Shown: positions 36,568-46,685 of the stretch, in pieces
Layout: each line of letters starts with the position of its first letter
How positions within the stretch are numbered: the first letter of the stretch is position 1
Source of the DNA: an uncultured Lachnospiraceae bacterium
GTDB taxonomy: Bacteria; Bacillota; Clostridia; Lachnospirales; Lachnospiraceae
Length of the DNA: 64,000 nt
Assembly: GCA_937920345.1 (NCBI GenBank)
Contig: CALGVA010000031.1
Span: 8,824-72,823, forward strand
Direction of reading: 5' to 3'
Program-made: the position numbers and the translations under genes
The notes under the pieces: model-generated
The model's database searches: none
The model's input: only the letters and a program-made list of their open reading frames with translations
Told to the model about the DNA's origin: nothing

Positions 36568-38460
36568 TTACATCGTATCTTTCAGTACCTCATCGTCCTG
36601 ACTGTGATAAGTCGGAACGATCCTCTTGATCAACGGTCTGATATCCGAATTTTCGACCTGACACTCATCCTTCAGTTCTTTTAACTGGGTAAAAAATTCA
36701 TGCTCATCGAGTTCGATCGGTTTCCCGATATGAATCATCCTGTTTGCGGTGTCCTTCATGCCCTCTTCATCCATGAGCAGCTCTTCATACAGTTTCTCGC
36801 CGGGGCGGAGTCCCGTAAACTTGATCTTAATATCCTCTCCCACACGGTAGCCCGACAGTTTGATCAGATTATGTGCCAGATCGAGTATTTTCACGGGTTC
36901 CCCCATATCCAGCACGAAAATCTCGCCGCCCTTCGCATAGGCGCCGGCCTGCAGGACAAGCGAAACCGCCTCTGGAATCGTCATAAAATAACGTATGATA
37001 TCCGGGTGGGTCACGGTAACCGGACCGCCCGCCGCGATCTGCTTGCGGAACAGCGGAATCACGCTGCCGTTACTGCCCAGCACATTGCCGAACCGGACCG
37101 CCACGAACTCCGTCTCATAATGCTTGTCAAAAGTCTGTATAATCATCTCGCAGATCCGTTTGCTGGCTCCCATGATGTTCGTCGGGTTTACCGCCTTGTC
37201 GGTGGAAATCATGACAAATCGCTGTACACCGCTCATGGCGGCTGCCTGCGCGGTCTTAAAGGTACCGAACACGTTATTCTTGATCGCCTCGGTAGGACTG
37301 TCCTCCATAAGCGGTACATGCTTATGCGCCGCGGCATGGTATACGATATCCGGTCGGTATTTTGAGAAAATATAATTCATGCGGTTGGTATTGCGCACGG
37401 ATGCAATCAGTACCACCAGATCCAGCTCCGGATATTTCGCCTTCAGTTCCTGCTGTACATCATAAACCGTATTCTCATAGATATCTACGATAATAAGCCG
37501 TTTCGGTCTGTGTATCGCGATCTGACGACACAGCTCACTGCCGATGGAGCCGCCGCCGCCGGTGACCAGCACCGCCTTGCCCTGCACATAGCCGAGAATG
37601 GAATCCAGATCCACGCTGATCGGATCTCTGCCCAGCAGATCCTCCACCTCCACGTCACGCAGTTTGCTGACATTAACTTCGCCGTTTACAAGCTGATACA
37701 TGCCCGGCAGGGAACGCAGCTTACAGTTTGTATCTTTACAGATTTCCAGAATGTTCTTAATCTCCGCCCTGCTGGCTGACGGCATCGCCACGATAATCTC
37801 ATCCACGTCATAGATATCGGCACACTCCACGATCTTGTCACGGCCGCCGACCACCTTGATGCCCTGGATAAATCTGCCCCATTTCCCCTTATCATCATCA
37901 ATAATGCACTTGATGACCATGGTCGAGAAATTGCTGTTGACAATCTCCTTAATGATCAGATTGGCAGCCTCCCCCGCGCCGATCACCATCACGGCAATCC
38001 GGTTCTTCTTATTCTGCTGCTTATGTTTCAGCCCGCGGAAGAAACGGTAGGAGAAACGGCTGCAGAAAATACATGTGATCAGCAGAAATAAATAAAAGAA
38101 ATAGTAACTCTTGGGTACCGCTCTGGACGAAGTTCTGAAAAACTGCAGGCAGACGCCATTTACAAGTGTAGACAGCGCACAGGATACCACGATGTTCTGC
38201 AATTCCGTCTCTCCTGCAAAAGCCCACAGACTGCTATAGAGACGAAATAGATAGAAGATTCCCAGCGTCATCACAATATTGAGCGGCATCACATGCTCGA
38301 TCGGGCTCATGAAATGCTCGGGTATCTCATCCACCCGGAACTCATAGCGCATCACGATCGCCAGGTAGCTCGACAGAACCACACTGATAATATCATATAC
38401 GATCAGGCAGGTTCTCCGGTAAAACAGCTTTACATTAAAAGGTTTTCTCTCTTTTTTCAT
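36568..38460 (-). CDS. membrane-anchored UDP-HexNAc 4,6-dehydratase, CapD/PglF type
   Basis: N-terminal TM helices, two Rossmann motifs (VMVIGAGEAA and VTGGGGSIGSEL) and ISTDKAVNPTNIMGASKRICE. The track start is TTG. The ATG at 38460 has AGGA upstream and removes the overlap with the upstream gene. Confidence 0.8.
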   Translation of the reverse strand: MKKERKPFNVKLFYRRTCLIVYDIISVVLSSYLAIVMRYEFRVDEIPEHFMSPIEHVMPLNIVMTLGIFYLFRLYSSLWAFAGETELQNIVVSCALSTLVNGVCLQFFRTSSRAVPKSYYFFYLFLLITCIFCSRFSYRFFRGLKHKQQNKKNRIAVMVIGAGEAANLIIKEIVNSNFSTMVIKCIIDDDKGKWGRFIQGIKVVGGRDKIVECADIYDVDEIIVAMPSASRAEIKNILEICKDTNCKLRSLPGMYQLVNGEVNVSKLRDVEVEDLLGRDPISVDLDSILGYVQGKAVLVTGGGGSIGSELCRQIAIHRPKRLIIVDIYENTVYDVQQELKAKYPELDLVVLIASVRNTNRMNYIFSKYRPDIVYHAAAHKHVPLMEDSPTEAIKNNVFGTFKTAQAAAMSGVQRFVMISTDKAVNPTNIMGASKRICEMIIQTFDKHYETEFVAVRFGNVLGSNGSVIPLFRKQIAAGGPVTVTHPDIIRYFMTIPEAVSLVLQAGAYAKGGEIFVLDMGEPVKILDLAHNLIKLSGYRVGEDIKIKFTGLRPGEKLYEELLMDEEGMKDTANRMIHIGKPIELDEHEFFTQLKELKDECQVENSDIRPLIKRIVPTYHSQDDEVLKDTM

Positions 38461-38470
38461 AGTTCTTTTC

Positions 38471-41056
38471 CTACGCCGCTTCTTTCCTGTCAATCAGGAG
38501 CGGTGCCATTGTCAACAGTAAACAGAATGCAATGGAACTGCATGGATGGAAGATCCATTCCGTCAGCCCCGCTACCGCGAAGAGAATCAGCAGGGCAAGC
38601 GGCAGCGCCGCACATATCCTGTCCTCTTTGCGTCTATGATAGTACACTGCCGCCTGCACCAGAGTGCCGACGCCCAGCAGAATAAATATCACGCCCACAT
38701 AGATGCCGTGATCATAAGCGACCTGCAGATAGATATTGTGCGCATGGACGTTATAATGACCGTTCGGCTCCATAATACCCATATCGTCATGACCGATCCT
38801 GTTCAGATTATTATAATACAGTCTGAAAATTTTCAGTCTTCCATTTGTATAGGAATCTTCTTCCTCCTGCTCCACGCCATCCTGATTCTCCGCCTGCACC
38901 TGCGTGTCCGCAGATGCGATCTCTATCACGCCTTCCTCCACAGCAATCCCGCTGTCTGTCGGCATATTCCTCACACCTGCGTCTGTATTTCCTGCGGAAG
39001 CAAGAAGAATTTCTTCGTCCTTTGCCCTCACAAAACCGTCCGTGCACTCCTCTCCTGCATCCGTAAGCATGTCCATCGCCTGCAGGCTCTCCATCTCCGG
39101 TATACCCAGCACTTTCATCTGAAACACCTGTATGAACCGCTGAATCGTAATATAGTATTCGGAATCCATATCCCTGCCGTGTACGATCTCGACAGGCAGT
39201 TCCTCGATCTCATGCAGCTCCGGTCTGGCAATCGCAGCAGGAACTGCTCTCTGCGCCGTAAAGACCGCCGGAAAACAGACAAAGACCGCAAGCAGCATCA
39301 TTGCGCCGCCTCGCAGAATACTGCGCCATCTGCTCTTCATGGAGAAGCATGTTACAGGAAGCATGACCACCGCCATGACCATAACTGCCAGATACCCTGT
39401 TCTCGACAGCGTCAGCAGCAGATACACCACCGACACGCCAAACAGAATCAGTTCCTTATAAACAGCAGCAAGTCTCTGTTCTCTTCTATATGCATCTAAG
39501 AACTTCACAAATGCCGCGCACACTACAAGCGCAAGATATACCGCAGACATCGTCACCGTATGGAAAATAAACGGATATCTGTAATATTGAAAGAACATAT
39601 ACGGTCTGTGCAGCAGACAGTACAGCACCATCACGCTAAAGTGCAGCAGGATGCCGTTACAGATATTGCGGAGCAGAGACGCCTTGCCTTCCCACGCCGC
39701 CATGTTCACATAGAACAGCACAAAAGCACATACCAGATAGACAGGCCATCCCCGTGTATTACGATACAACATAATCGCCGCAAAAAACACCGCCACCAGA
39801 ATACCATACGCAGCGCTTATGCCCTTAACCTGCCTCCGCACCAGAACCCGTATCGTGCCAATCACTACCAGTCCCGCAAGAATCCCCGCCCAGACGGTGA
39901 GTTTCACTGTAAGGATCTCCATCTCCTCCGGATCCGTAAGCACCGCCATCGCGCCGTGATAATAACGCTGTGCAAAGAAAGCCGCCGCAATCAGATACAC
40001 CAGATTAATAATATTAAAAATGTCCTTTCGCTTATAAGTCACAATGACCGCCAGCGCAAAGAAAATCAGCTGCTGCCTGTATGCTACGGTATGATGGATC
40101 TCATACAGACCGTTCATATAATTACAGCATGCCCAGAGTGCGCCTGCAATAAAGACAGACTGCAGTCCGTTTCCCATATTTGTTTTCAGAACGTCAAATA
40201 TCGTTCTGTCCGAAGCGCAGCCTGTACGGTCATGGTTGACCGCATAGAGCAGCAGCGCTGCTGTCACCAGGATACTCCCCTCGTAAAAAAGAATCGACAC
40301 GGTATTGGTCGTAAGCAGCCTGCAGGGCCACACCGCCACACAGGCAGCGGCCGCCGCAATCACAATGAGCGGATTACACACTGCTTTGACCGTCTGTTCC
40401 ACCGTAACCAGTACATTCTTCTCCGGCCGCCTGTCATAATATTTCCCCGTCAGGTAAGTAACGGCAGCCGCAAACAACACAAACAGGGCAGCACACACCA
40501 GTGTCTTGCCCTTGCGAAGCGGTACCTCGTACTCATACGCGGCAATCATACAGCGCTGCGTGTCTTCCACATTGCCGTAGTACAGTGTACCGTTGTAAAT
40601 ATTATCTGTCTGCGCCGTATATTGATACGCAACCCGGAACGGTTCTTCGATCCCCTGCAGCAGGAAATAATATTCCCTTCCTACCTGCGTATCGATATTG
40701 ACCTGCACCGTGCAGTATCCCGGAATATGCTTCATATCTTTTGTGTCGATCACCTGCTGCATGATCACCTGCATGGCTGCATCATATAATACGAAGTTAA
40801 ATTCCTCTCCTGCCGTTCCCTCATGGATATAAATATCAATATTTTTCAGTCTGTCATACTGGGCGATGAACATCTGCTGTACCACATAACCTGATGTGAT
40901 CTCTTCAGATTCCATGAGCGTCTCCGGAAGTGTCCTGCCGTTGGCAGTTACCGTTTCCTTAATCAGACGAACCGGCCACAGCGCAAGCAGCGCACACAGC
41001 ACGATGATCCAGAGCGTTTCACAGATCGCCTCTCTTCTAGTGATTATTCTGTTCAT
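38471..41056 (-). CDS. 861-aa Wzy_C/O-antigen-ligase-family membrane protein (WaaL/PglL-like ligase or polymerase)
   Basis: Many TM helices, LSRTGYLAVMVM, and a C-terminal HN-x9-G block (HNIYLQVAYDHG) as in WaaL-type ligases. It also carries a roughly 150-aa soluble insertion with an acidic tract, ENQDGVEQEEEDS. Confidence 0.6.
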   Translation of the reverse strand: MNRIITRREAICETLWIIVLCALLALWPVRLIKETVTANGRTLPETLMESEEITSGYVVQQMFIAQYDRLKNIDIYIHEGTAGEEFNFVLYDAAMQVIMQQVIDTKDMKHIPGYCTVQVNIDTQVGREYYFLLQGIEEPFRVAYQYTAQTDNIYNGTLYYGNVEDTQRCMIAAYEYEVPLRKGKTLVCAALFVLFAAAVTYLTGKYYDRRPEKNVLVTVEQTVKAVCNPLIVIAAAAACVAVWPCRLLTTNTVSILFYEGSILVTAALLLYAVNHDRTGCASDRTIFDVLKTNMGNGLQSVFIAGALWACCNYMNGLYEIHHTVAYRQQLIFFALAVIVTYKRKDIFNIINLVYLIAAAFFAQRYYHGAMAVLTDPEEMEILTVKLTVWAGILAGLVVIGTIRVLVRRQVKGISAAYGILVAVFFAAIMLYRNTRGWPVYLVCAFVLFYVNMAAWEGKASLLRNICNGILLHFSVMVLYCLLHRPYMFFQYYRYPFIFHTVTMSAVYLALVVCAAFVKFLDAYRREQRLAAVYKELILFGVSVVYLLLTLSRTGYLAVMVMAVVMLPVTCFSMKSRWRSILRGGAMMLLAVFVCFPAVFTAQRAVPAAIARPELHEIEELPVEIVHGRDMDSEYYITIQRFIQVFQMKVLGIPEMESLQAMDMLTDAGEECTDGFVRAKDEEILLASAGNTDAGVRNMPTDSGIAVEEGVIEIASADTQVQAENQDGVEQEEEDSYTNGRLKIFRLYYNNLNRIGHDDMGIMEPNGHYNVHAHNIYLQVAYDHGIYVGVIFILLGVGTLVQAAVYYHRRKEDRICAALPLALLILFAVAGLTEWIFHPCSSIAFCLLLTMAPLLIDRKEAA

Positions 41057-41134
41057 TATCGATTCCCGATCTTCTCTACAATATCATAACAGTCCGACCG
41101 CACATTACACTCAGCTGCCAGAATATCATTGCTT

Positions 41135-41163
41135 AGTATATCACGATTGTATATTTTTTACAA
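41135..41163 (-). promoter_or_regulatory. candidate sigma-A promoter for the ligase/PglF-E-C sub-operon
   Basis: The minus strand reads TTGTAA-17 nt-TATACT, preceded by TGA (extended -10). It lies in the 116-bp gap downstream of the stop at 41173. Confidence 0.4.
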
Positions 41164-41172
41164 CTAAAGGCA

Positions 41173-42984
41173 TTATACCTCCTCCAGCAATATGGCCGCA
41201 AAAAGCGGCAGGCCATACCAGAAGATCAGCACATACCGGGGCAGATAAGTGGGACCGAGCAGAACCGTCAGCCAGACCGTGAGTACCATCATATAGGGAA
41301 TCACAATATTGTACTTGCGGCGGTACAGCATATAAGCGAACACGAAGGCGATGCCCCAGAAGATTCCGCCCGGAGAATAGAGCATGGAATAGATCGGAAT
41401 CTTTTCCTGGGAAATCTCCAGAGCCAGCTTGCGGTATGCCGCGTCAAGCCATGGAATCTTGCTGTCCCTGAATCCCGGTTCCTCCACTTCGTATCCGAAA
41501 TAGGAGCTTTCTCCATATGTGAACGTAAATACCGTATTGCCGGAATAGACATCAATCACCGTATCGGGATACCAGAAGCCGTAGGAGTTCACCAGCCACG
41601 CATTGATATAAGATAAAGGCTTCTTTAATCCGATCCGCAGCCAAAGTCCTGCATACTTCGACTTGTCCGCGGCAAATACCTCATTCTGAAAACGTACCTT
41701 CACCGGATCAGACAGCTTGGGATTGTATAACACCAGCGCCTCTTCCGGCAGGATCTCGTGCAGTATGTCAATATCCTCCTGCTCGAAGGCTTCCCTGTTG
41801 AATTTATAGGTTCTTGCAAGCTGCTGGATCGGAACCGTAAGGATCTCCTGATTCTCTCCTCCTGTTGCATGAAACGCTACCGTCAGCCCTGTGTTAATCA
41901 CGAAATAGGCAAGAAAAATCATACCTATGAGAAGTCCCGTTTTCTTCAGATTCTGTTTGTGATAAACGAGCAGAATCGGCACCATCACGGCGAACGCATA
42001 GACGCCGTTTTTACGAAACAGCATCATGGCCACAGCGCTCAATACGAAGAAAAGCATTTTACGGTTGGATGTGAAAAACTGCTGTTCGACGCTGCCCATA
42101 TCGATCAGCGCCAGCAGCAGGAGCAGCAGTGCCACTGTAAACAGCGTATCCTTGGCGGAGCAGAGCGTAAACATCACGATCACCGGAAAAAAAGCGAAGT
42201 AGAGCAGCGAAAGCAGACGGACCCCGCGGGAAACCTTCCGCCGCCGCATGAAAGAAAGCAGATAGGTAAATCCGCCTGAAACAATCATCATCTGTACCAC
42301 CATATAGCAGGCAATCCCCAGATTATAGGAATCCGTCACTTTATGCACCGCGCAGATGATACCGCCCAGCATAAGAACATGAACGAGCGGATGGTGCGTA
42401 TTAAAATTTCTGGATGCCACCTGCAGCCACTCATCCTGTGCATCGTAGACGAAGAACCCCGGATATACCGCGAGCAGCACGGGAAGCCAGCATAAAATCA
42501 TGAAAAGAAAGGTAAGCAGATTCGCATACCTGGCCGCGCGCTGCGGCGCCTCAGGCATTCTGATATGCTTCGCAAGCCTGTTCTTCCTTCCTTCCATGCC
42601 GCCCAGAAAATCCCAGAATTTTCTCACCAGAACAGTGAACAGACATGTCAGAACCGGCAGTGAAACCCACAGTTTCCAGTCTTTAAAATTCACGTTTCCC
42701 ACCGCATCGAGACGAACGCCAAACAGCATCGCCGCAGTAAACAAACCGGACAGCACGCCTGCGATCGTCCACCCCCTCCGGTCCCGCAGATCAATCGTCT
42801 GCAGCGAGCGGTTCACCGCATACAGACAAAGCAGCCACACGAAAACCGCAAATATACTGTTCGTGAAGCCGATCGTATTCTCTTTCAGATTTAAAACCTG
42901 AGGAAAGCAGAGCGTTCCCGCCGTCGCAAGCAGGAAAGCCAGTGTACTCAGTTTCATTTTGATTCTAAATTCATTCTCGTTCAT
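41173..42984 (-). CDS. GT-C-like polytopic membrane protein (YfhO/ArnT-like role inferred)
   Basis: More than 12 hydrophobic helices, an acidic loop motif VYDAQDEW and a large C-terminal external domain. It overlaps the GtrB-like gene by 14 nt. Confidence 0.45.
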   Translation of the reverse strand: MNENEFRIKMKLSTLAFLLATAGTLCFPQVLNLKENTIGFTNSIFAVFVWLLCLYAVNRSLQTIDLRDRRGWTIAGVLSGLFTAAMLFGVRLDAVGNVNFKDWKLWVSLPVLTCLFTVLVRKFWDFLGGMEGRKNRLAKHIRMPEAPQRAARYANLLTFLFMILCWLPVLLAVYPGFFVYDAQDEWLQVASRNFNTHHPLVHVLMLGGIICAVHKVTDSYNLGIACYMVVQMMIVSGGFTYLLSFMRRRKVSRGVRLLSLLYFAFFPVIVMFTLCSAKDTLFTVALLLLLLALIDMGSVEQQFFTSNRKMLFFVLSAVAMMLFRKNGVYAFAVMVPILLVYHKQNLKKTGLLIGMIFLAYFVINTGLTVAFHATGGENQEILTVPIQQLARTYKFNREAFEQEDIDILHEILPEEALVLYNPKLSDPVKVRFQNEVFAADKSKYAGLWLRIGLKKPLSYINAWLVNSYGFWYPDTVIDVYSGNTVFTFTYGESSYFGYEVEEPGFRDSKIPWLDAAYRKLALEISQEKIPIYSMLYSPGGIFWGIAFVFAYMLYRRKYNIVIPYMMVLTVWLTVLLGPTYLPRYVLIFWYGLPLFAAILLEEV

Positions 42985-43924
42985 TACTTTGCTCCGGTCC
43001 GTTCAGGCATTCCCGAACCACATACTGAGGAGAGTTATTCAGCGAGATGTAGATTCTCCCGATATATTCTCCGATCAGACCTAACATCAGCATAATCATA
43101 CCGCCGAGGAACACCAGCGCCGCCATCATGGCGCTGAATCCGACGGGTACATTCGGATTCACAAATTTCTTGACAACTGTATAGATTCCGTACAGGAATC
43201 CTGCGCAGGCAGTCAGGCATCCCACCGCCGTTGCGATTCGCAGCGGTTTGATGCTGAAAGCGGTAAATCCGTTAAACCACAATCCCAGCAGCTTGCCTAT
43301 GGTATAGCCCGACGTTCCCGTCTCCCGCTCCCTGTGCGTTACTTCCACGTTGGTGATATTCCTGGTGGCGCGGAGCACAAGTCCGATCACATACGGATAC
43401 GGGTTGTCATAGCGCAGCATCTCTTCCACTACATATCTTCTCACCGCAAAATAACTGGAGAGGTACAGGTCTTTCGGTTTGCCCAGCATCACCCTCGTCA
43501 TCAGTTCATTGACACGGCTCCCGAAATTGCGGAATCCCGAATGCTGTTTGTGCCCGTATCTGGCATATACGACGTCATAGCCTTCTTCAATCCTGGCAAG
43601 CAGTCTGCCGGCCTCGTCAGCAGGCGTCTGCCCGTCATCGTCCAGACATACCACCACATCTCCGTGCGTATGACGCATACCCGCCATCAGCGCCGCATGC
43701 TGCCCGAAATTCTTCGCCAGATCGATCCCGCATATGTCACTGCGTCCGGCGCAAAGCTCCCGGATCACCCCGAATGTATCATCCGGAGAACTGTCGTTGA
43801 CCAGCACGATCTCATAGTCATACGCCGGCATATCTTTCATCGTGCTGTCAATCTCTTCCACTACCTTACCGATGGTCTGTGCCGACCGGTAACACGGGAT
43901 TACAAAACTTACAAGTTTCGTCAT
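42971..43924 (-). CDS. GtrB/ArnC/CsbB-like polyprenyl-phosphate glycosyltransferase (GT2 with two C-terminal TM helices)
   Basis: VSFVIPCYRSAQTIGKVVEEI, IVLVNDSSPDDT, CLDDDGQ. The two C-terminal TMs are TAFSIKPLRIATAVGCLTACAGFLYGIY and FSAMMAALVFLGGMIMLMLGLIGEYIG. GGAGG lies 5 nt before the ATG at 43924. Confidence 0.75.
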   Translation of the reverse strand: MTKLVSFVIPCYRSAQTIGKVVEEIDSTMKDMPAYDYEIVLVNDSSPDDTFGVIRELCAGRSDICGIDLAKNFGQHAALMAGMRHTHGDVVVCLDDDGQTPADEAGRLLARIEEGYDVVYARYGHKQHSGFRNFGSRVNELMTRVMLGKPKDLYLSSYFAVRRYVVEEMLRYDNPYPYVIGLVLRATRNITNVEVTHRERETGTSGYTIGKLLGLWFNGFTAFSIKPLRIATAVGCLTACAGFLYGIYTVVKKFVNPNVPVGFSAMMAALVFLGGMIMLMLGLIGEYIGRIYISLNNSPQYVVRECLNGPEQSNERE

Positions 43925-43972
43925 CGTTTCCTCCATATCCAAACTGCCCCTGACATAATTTCAGCAGCAGGC

Positions 43973-44584
43973 TTATTGTCCAGTCTCCGCTTCATACATC
44001 GCCATAAACCGCTCCCTGTCAGTCTCCATAAAAAGCACTTCCCGCCTCCCCTGCTTCGTCATGACAGTCTCTTTCCTGTCCGTCATAACAAAACCGGCAT
44101 GCTCATAACTCTTCCGGGCCGCCGTATTGCCCGCCAGAAAGCGCAGATAGATCTTCCGCAGAGGCAGCTTCGTAAAAGCATAGTAAAGCGCCTCCCTCGC
44201 CGCCGCCGTACCGTAACCGTGTCCGAGCGCCTCCTCTTCCCCGATAAAAATTCCGTACTCGGCAGCGCCCTGATCCCTGTCAATATCGCGGAAATAAACG
44301 CTGCCGATCTCCCGGCCGTCGGGCAGGCAGATGATGAACTGTACTACATGCCCCTTCTCCACCTGGTTCCGAATCCATGACAGATGTCCCTCTCTTGTAA
44401 AAGGCTCCTGATATATAAAGTTTGTCTGCACAAAATCCTTATTGCGCCACGCGACGATTTTGTCCGTATCTTCCTCTGTCATCGGGCGCAGGTCAACCGT
44501 ATTCTGCATCGTTTTGTCTGTAAACGCTCTCCTTCTTCCGCTTTCTGATCTATCACAAGGCATTTCACACTGCTGCCGCAGCAT
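43973..44584 (-). CDS. GNAT-family N-acetyltransferase (PseH/WecD-like role possible)
   Basis: LRPMTEEDTDKIVAWRN...EYGIFIGEEEALGHGYGTAAAREALYYAF is a GNAT acetyl-CoA block. The start is uncertain because no candidate ATG has a good SD. Confidence 0.6.
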   Translation of the reverse strand: MLRQQCEMPCDRSESGRRRAFTDKTMQNTVDLRPMTEEDTDKIVAWRNKDFVQTNFIYQEPFTREGHLSWIRNQVEKGHVVQFIICLPDGREIGSVYFRDIDRDQGAAEYGIFIGEEEALGHGYGTAAAREALYYAFTKLPLRKIYLRFLAGNTAARKSYEHAGFVMTDRKETVMTKQGRREVLFMETDRERFMAMYEAETGQ

Positions 44585-44595
44585 ATATGCATCGA

Positions 44596-46662
44596 TTATC
44601 TGACTTCGATCCGGTAAACACGATATGTCCCGGCGTCTCCGATCACATCTGCCTGCTCTACAGTCACTCCGATATTATGCGCTGCATAATACGCCGTGAT
44701 CCAGTCCATTCCGCGCTCTGCCTGCTCAGCACTGGACATGATAAAATACACATGATCCTGCGTATACAGCGCATCGCCTGCGTTGTCGATCCCCGACCGC
44801 CGCAGTTTCTCACGGTACAACGGACTCTTACACATCCATCCGCCCATGATATCATAATTGGCATAGCCGTTGTCGGAACCGTCAAACAATCTGTGTGAAA
44901 ATGCCACCGTGGAATACACATCCTCGAAATAGAAATTTCCCTCATGCGCTCTGCAGTACGCATCGATCGCCTCTCTGTCCTGATTGACCAGCTCCCTGCG
45001 CATCTGATCCTCCCGCACCGCCGGGACACTGTCCATCAACGCGGCCATAAGAAGCACGCCCGCCAGAACTGCCAGACCGCGCGCCATTCCTTGTCCGGAC
45101 ATCGTATCGGCGCATCGTGCGTTTCTGCCGGCCGGTGCATGCCCCCGCACTGTACCGCCCATACTGCTGTCATCTGCCCGCAGTCTTAGTACCAGCATAC
45201 CCATAAGCAGCGCAAACTCCGCAAGATACAAGGAATGTGTGATCCGCTCGGGATCACGTCCTCTCATGAGAATGAACATCCACAGCGCGCTGCGCACAGC
45301 CGCCAGTAATACCAGCTGCCACACGAAAACATATCGTCTGCCTGTCCTCTCTCCGGCAGTCTTCACATATTTCCGGCTCCTGTTATGTTCTGCCGGTCTT
45401 ACATGTTTTCCGTCCTGTTTCGTCTTGTCCTCTGCTGCACGCAGCCGCCACGCCGTTAAAATGCCCGTCAGAAACACCGCCGCATACGCCCAGAGCACCA
45501 TGATATTGTAAGGTGCATCGCCGCTGTGCAAAGTCCGGTAGCGGTAGAAGCCGAGCTTTTCCCGAAAAATGCCCGGCCAGTCCTTCGAGGCGCCGATCGT
45601 ATGCACGGCATAATCCGCCAGTTCTGACAACAATGCCGTGTCGATCGCTTCATCCAGTCCAAAATTGTAATTGCGAAGCAGCGTCTGCTGATGCGGTGCT
45701 GCACCAAGTTCCGTAAGTGCGCCGCTGTAGCTGTCATCAGTGATGAGCTCCGGATAAAAGTCATAGACCGTCGTTCTGGCATCGAAGAAATCCCTGAAAT
45801 CTTTCCACTGCGCACTGCTGTATGCAGCCTTATCCGCCACGAAAGACAGAAACATTCCAATTAGTATGATCCCCAGCACGCCGCCGTATTTGTATAGATT
45901 TTCTTTCAGGAATATCTTCCGCTCCTCCACGAGACGATACAGGCCCGCCAGACAGATCAGGGGAAAAGTGAGCAGCAGCATCTCAGAGCGTAACTGGTAA
46001 GCCGTCACCACAAGGATAACGGAAGGAATATTTTTTACAACAAACCGGCGCGTATCCAACCCCGCCGGCGTGGTCAGAAATAAAAAGATCGCAGCCGCCG
46101 ACAGCATCGTGCAGGTAATCGTATACTGTATATTGATCAGGTGGGACAGGCACACACCCCATAAATACAGTGATAAGCCCAGAAGTACGGCACATTTGCG
46201 CAGCAGGTTGTCCCCGCGCTTTTGCCCCGTATACTCTGTTCTGCTTCCACACAGCGCACACAGCCTCATACCGGCCAGATAAAAACTGCCGAACTGACAC
46301 AGGCACAGAAACAGTCCGTACCACGGTATCGTCCTGCACATTCTATAGCACAGCGCAATCAGCGCGCCCAGCGGATACAGGGTCTGCATGTTATGCCCGT
46401 CAGGCGTTCCGCTGTATATGCCCGCCATGATATCACGCATCATCGTGTCATCATTTAAGTCATAATAGAAGTCAAAGCAGATCCCCATCAGAATCACATT
46501 GGCTGCTATGAAGCCCAGCGCAAGTATGCAGTTCTCATATTTTCTTATTCCCCTGTCCTGTTCCATGGACTGCATACCCTCTGAATTCCTTTCATGGACG
46601 CTGTTTTGCCTGGTCTTATATGCATCCGCTTTTGTCAAAAGCGTTGTCGCACATACCTTCAT
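44596..46662 (-). CDS. GT-C-like polytopic membrane protein
   Basis: An N-terminal membrane domain with YYDLNDDTMMRD after TM1 and a C-terminal soluble domain. The start may be further downstream (M33, GAGGG upstream). Confidence 0.45.
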   Translation of the reverse strand: MKVCATTLLTKADAYKTRQNSVHERNSEGMQSMEQDRGIRKYENCILALGFIAANVILMGICFDFYYDLNDDTMMRDIMAGIYSGTPDGHNMQTLYPLGALIALCYRMCRTIPWYGLFLCLCQFGSFYLAGMRLCALCGSRTEYTGQKRGDNLLRKCAVLLGLSLYLWGVCLSHLINIQYTITCTMLSAAAIFLFLTTPAGLDTRRFVVKNIPSVILVVTAYQLRSEMLLLTFPLICLAGLYRLVEERKIFLKENLYKYGGVLGIILIGMFLSFVADKAAYSSAQWKDFRDFFDARTTVYDFYPELITDDSYSGALTELGAAPHQQTLLRNYNFGLDEAIDTALLSELADYAVHTIGASKDWPGIFREKLGFYRYRTLHSGDAPYNIMVLWAYAAVFLTGILTAWRLRAAEDKTKQDGKHVRPAEHNRSRKYVKTAGERTGRRYVFVWQLVLLAAVRSALWMFILMRGRDPERITHSLYLAEFALLMGMLVLRLRADDSSMGGTVRGHAPAGRNARCADTMSGQGMARGLAVLAGVLLMAALMDSVPAVREDQMRRELVNQDREAIDAYCRAHEGNFYFEDVYSTVAFSHRLFDGSDNGYANYDIMGGWMCKSPLYREKLRRSGIDNAGDALYTQDHVYFIMSSAEQAERGMDWITAYYAAHNIGVTVEQADVIGDAGTYRVYRIEVR

Positions 46663-46685
46663 TCAGGCAGTACCTTTTTCGTCTC

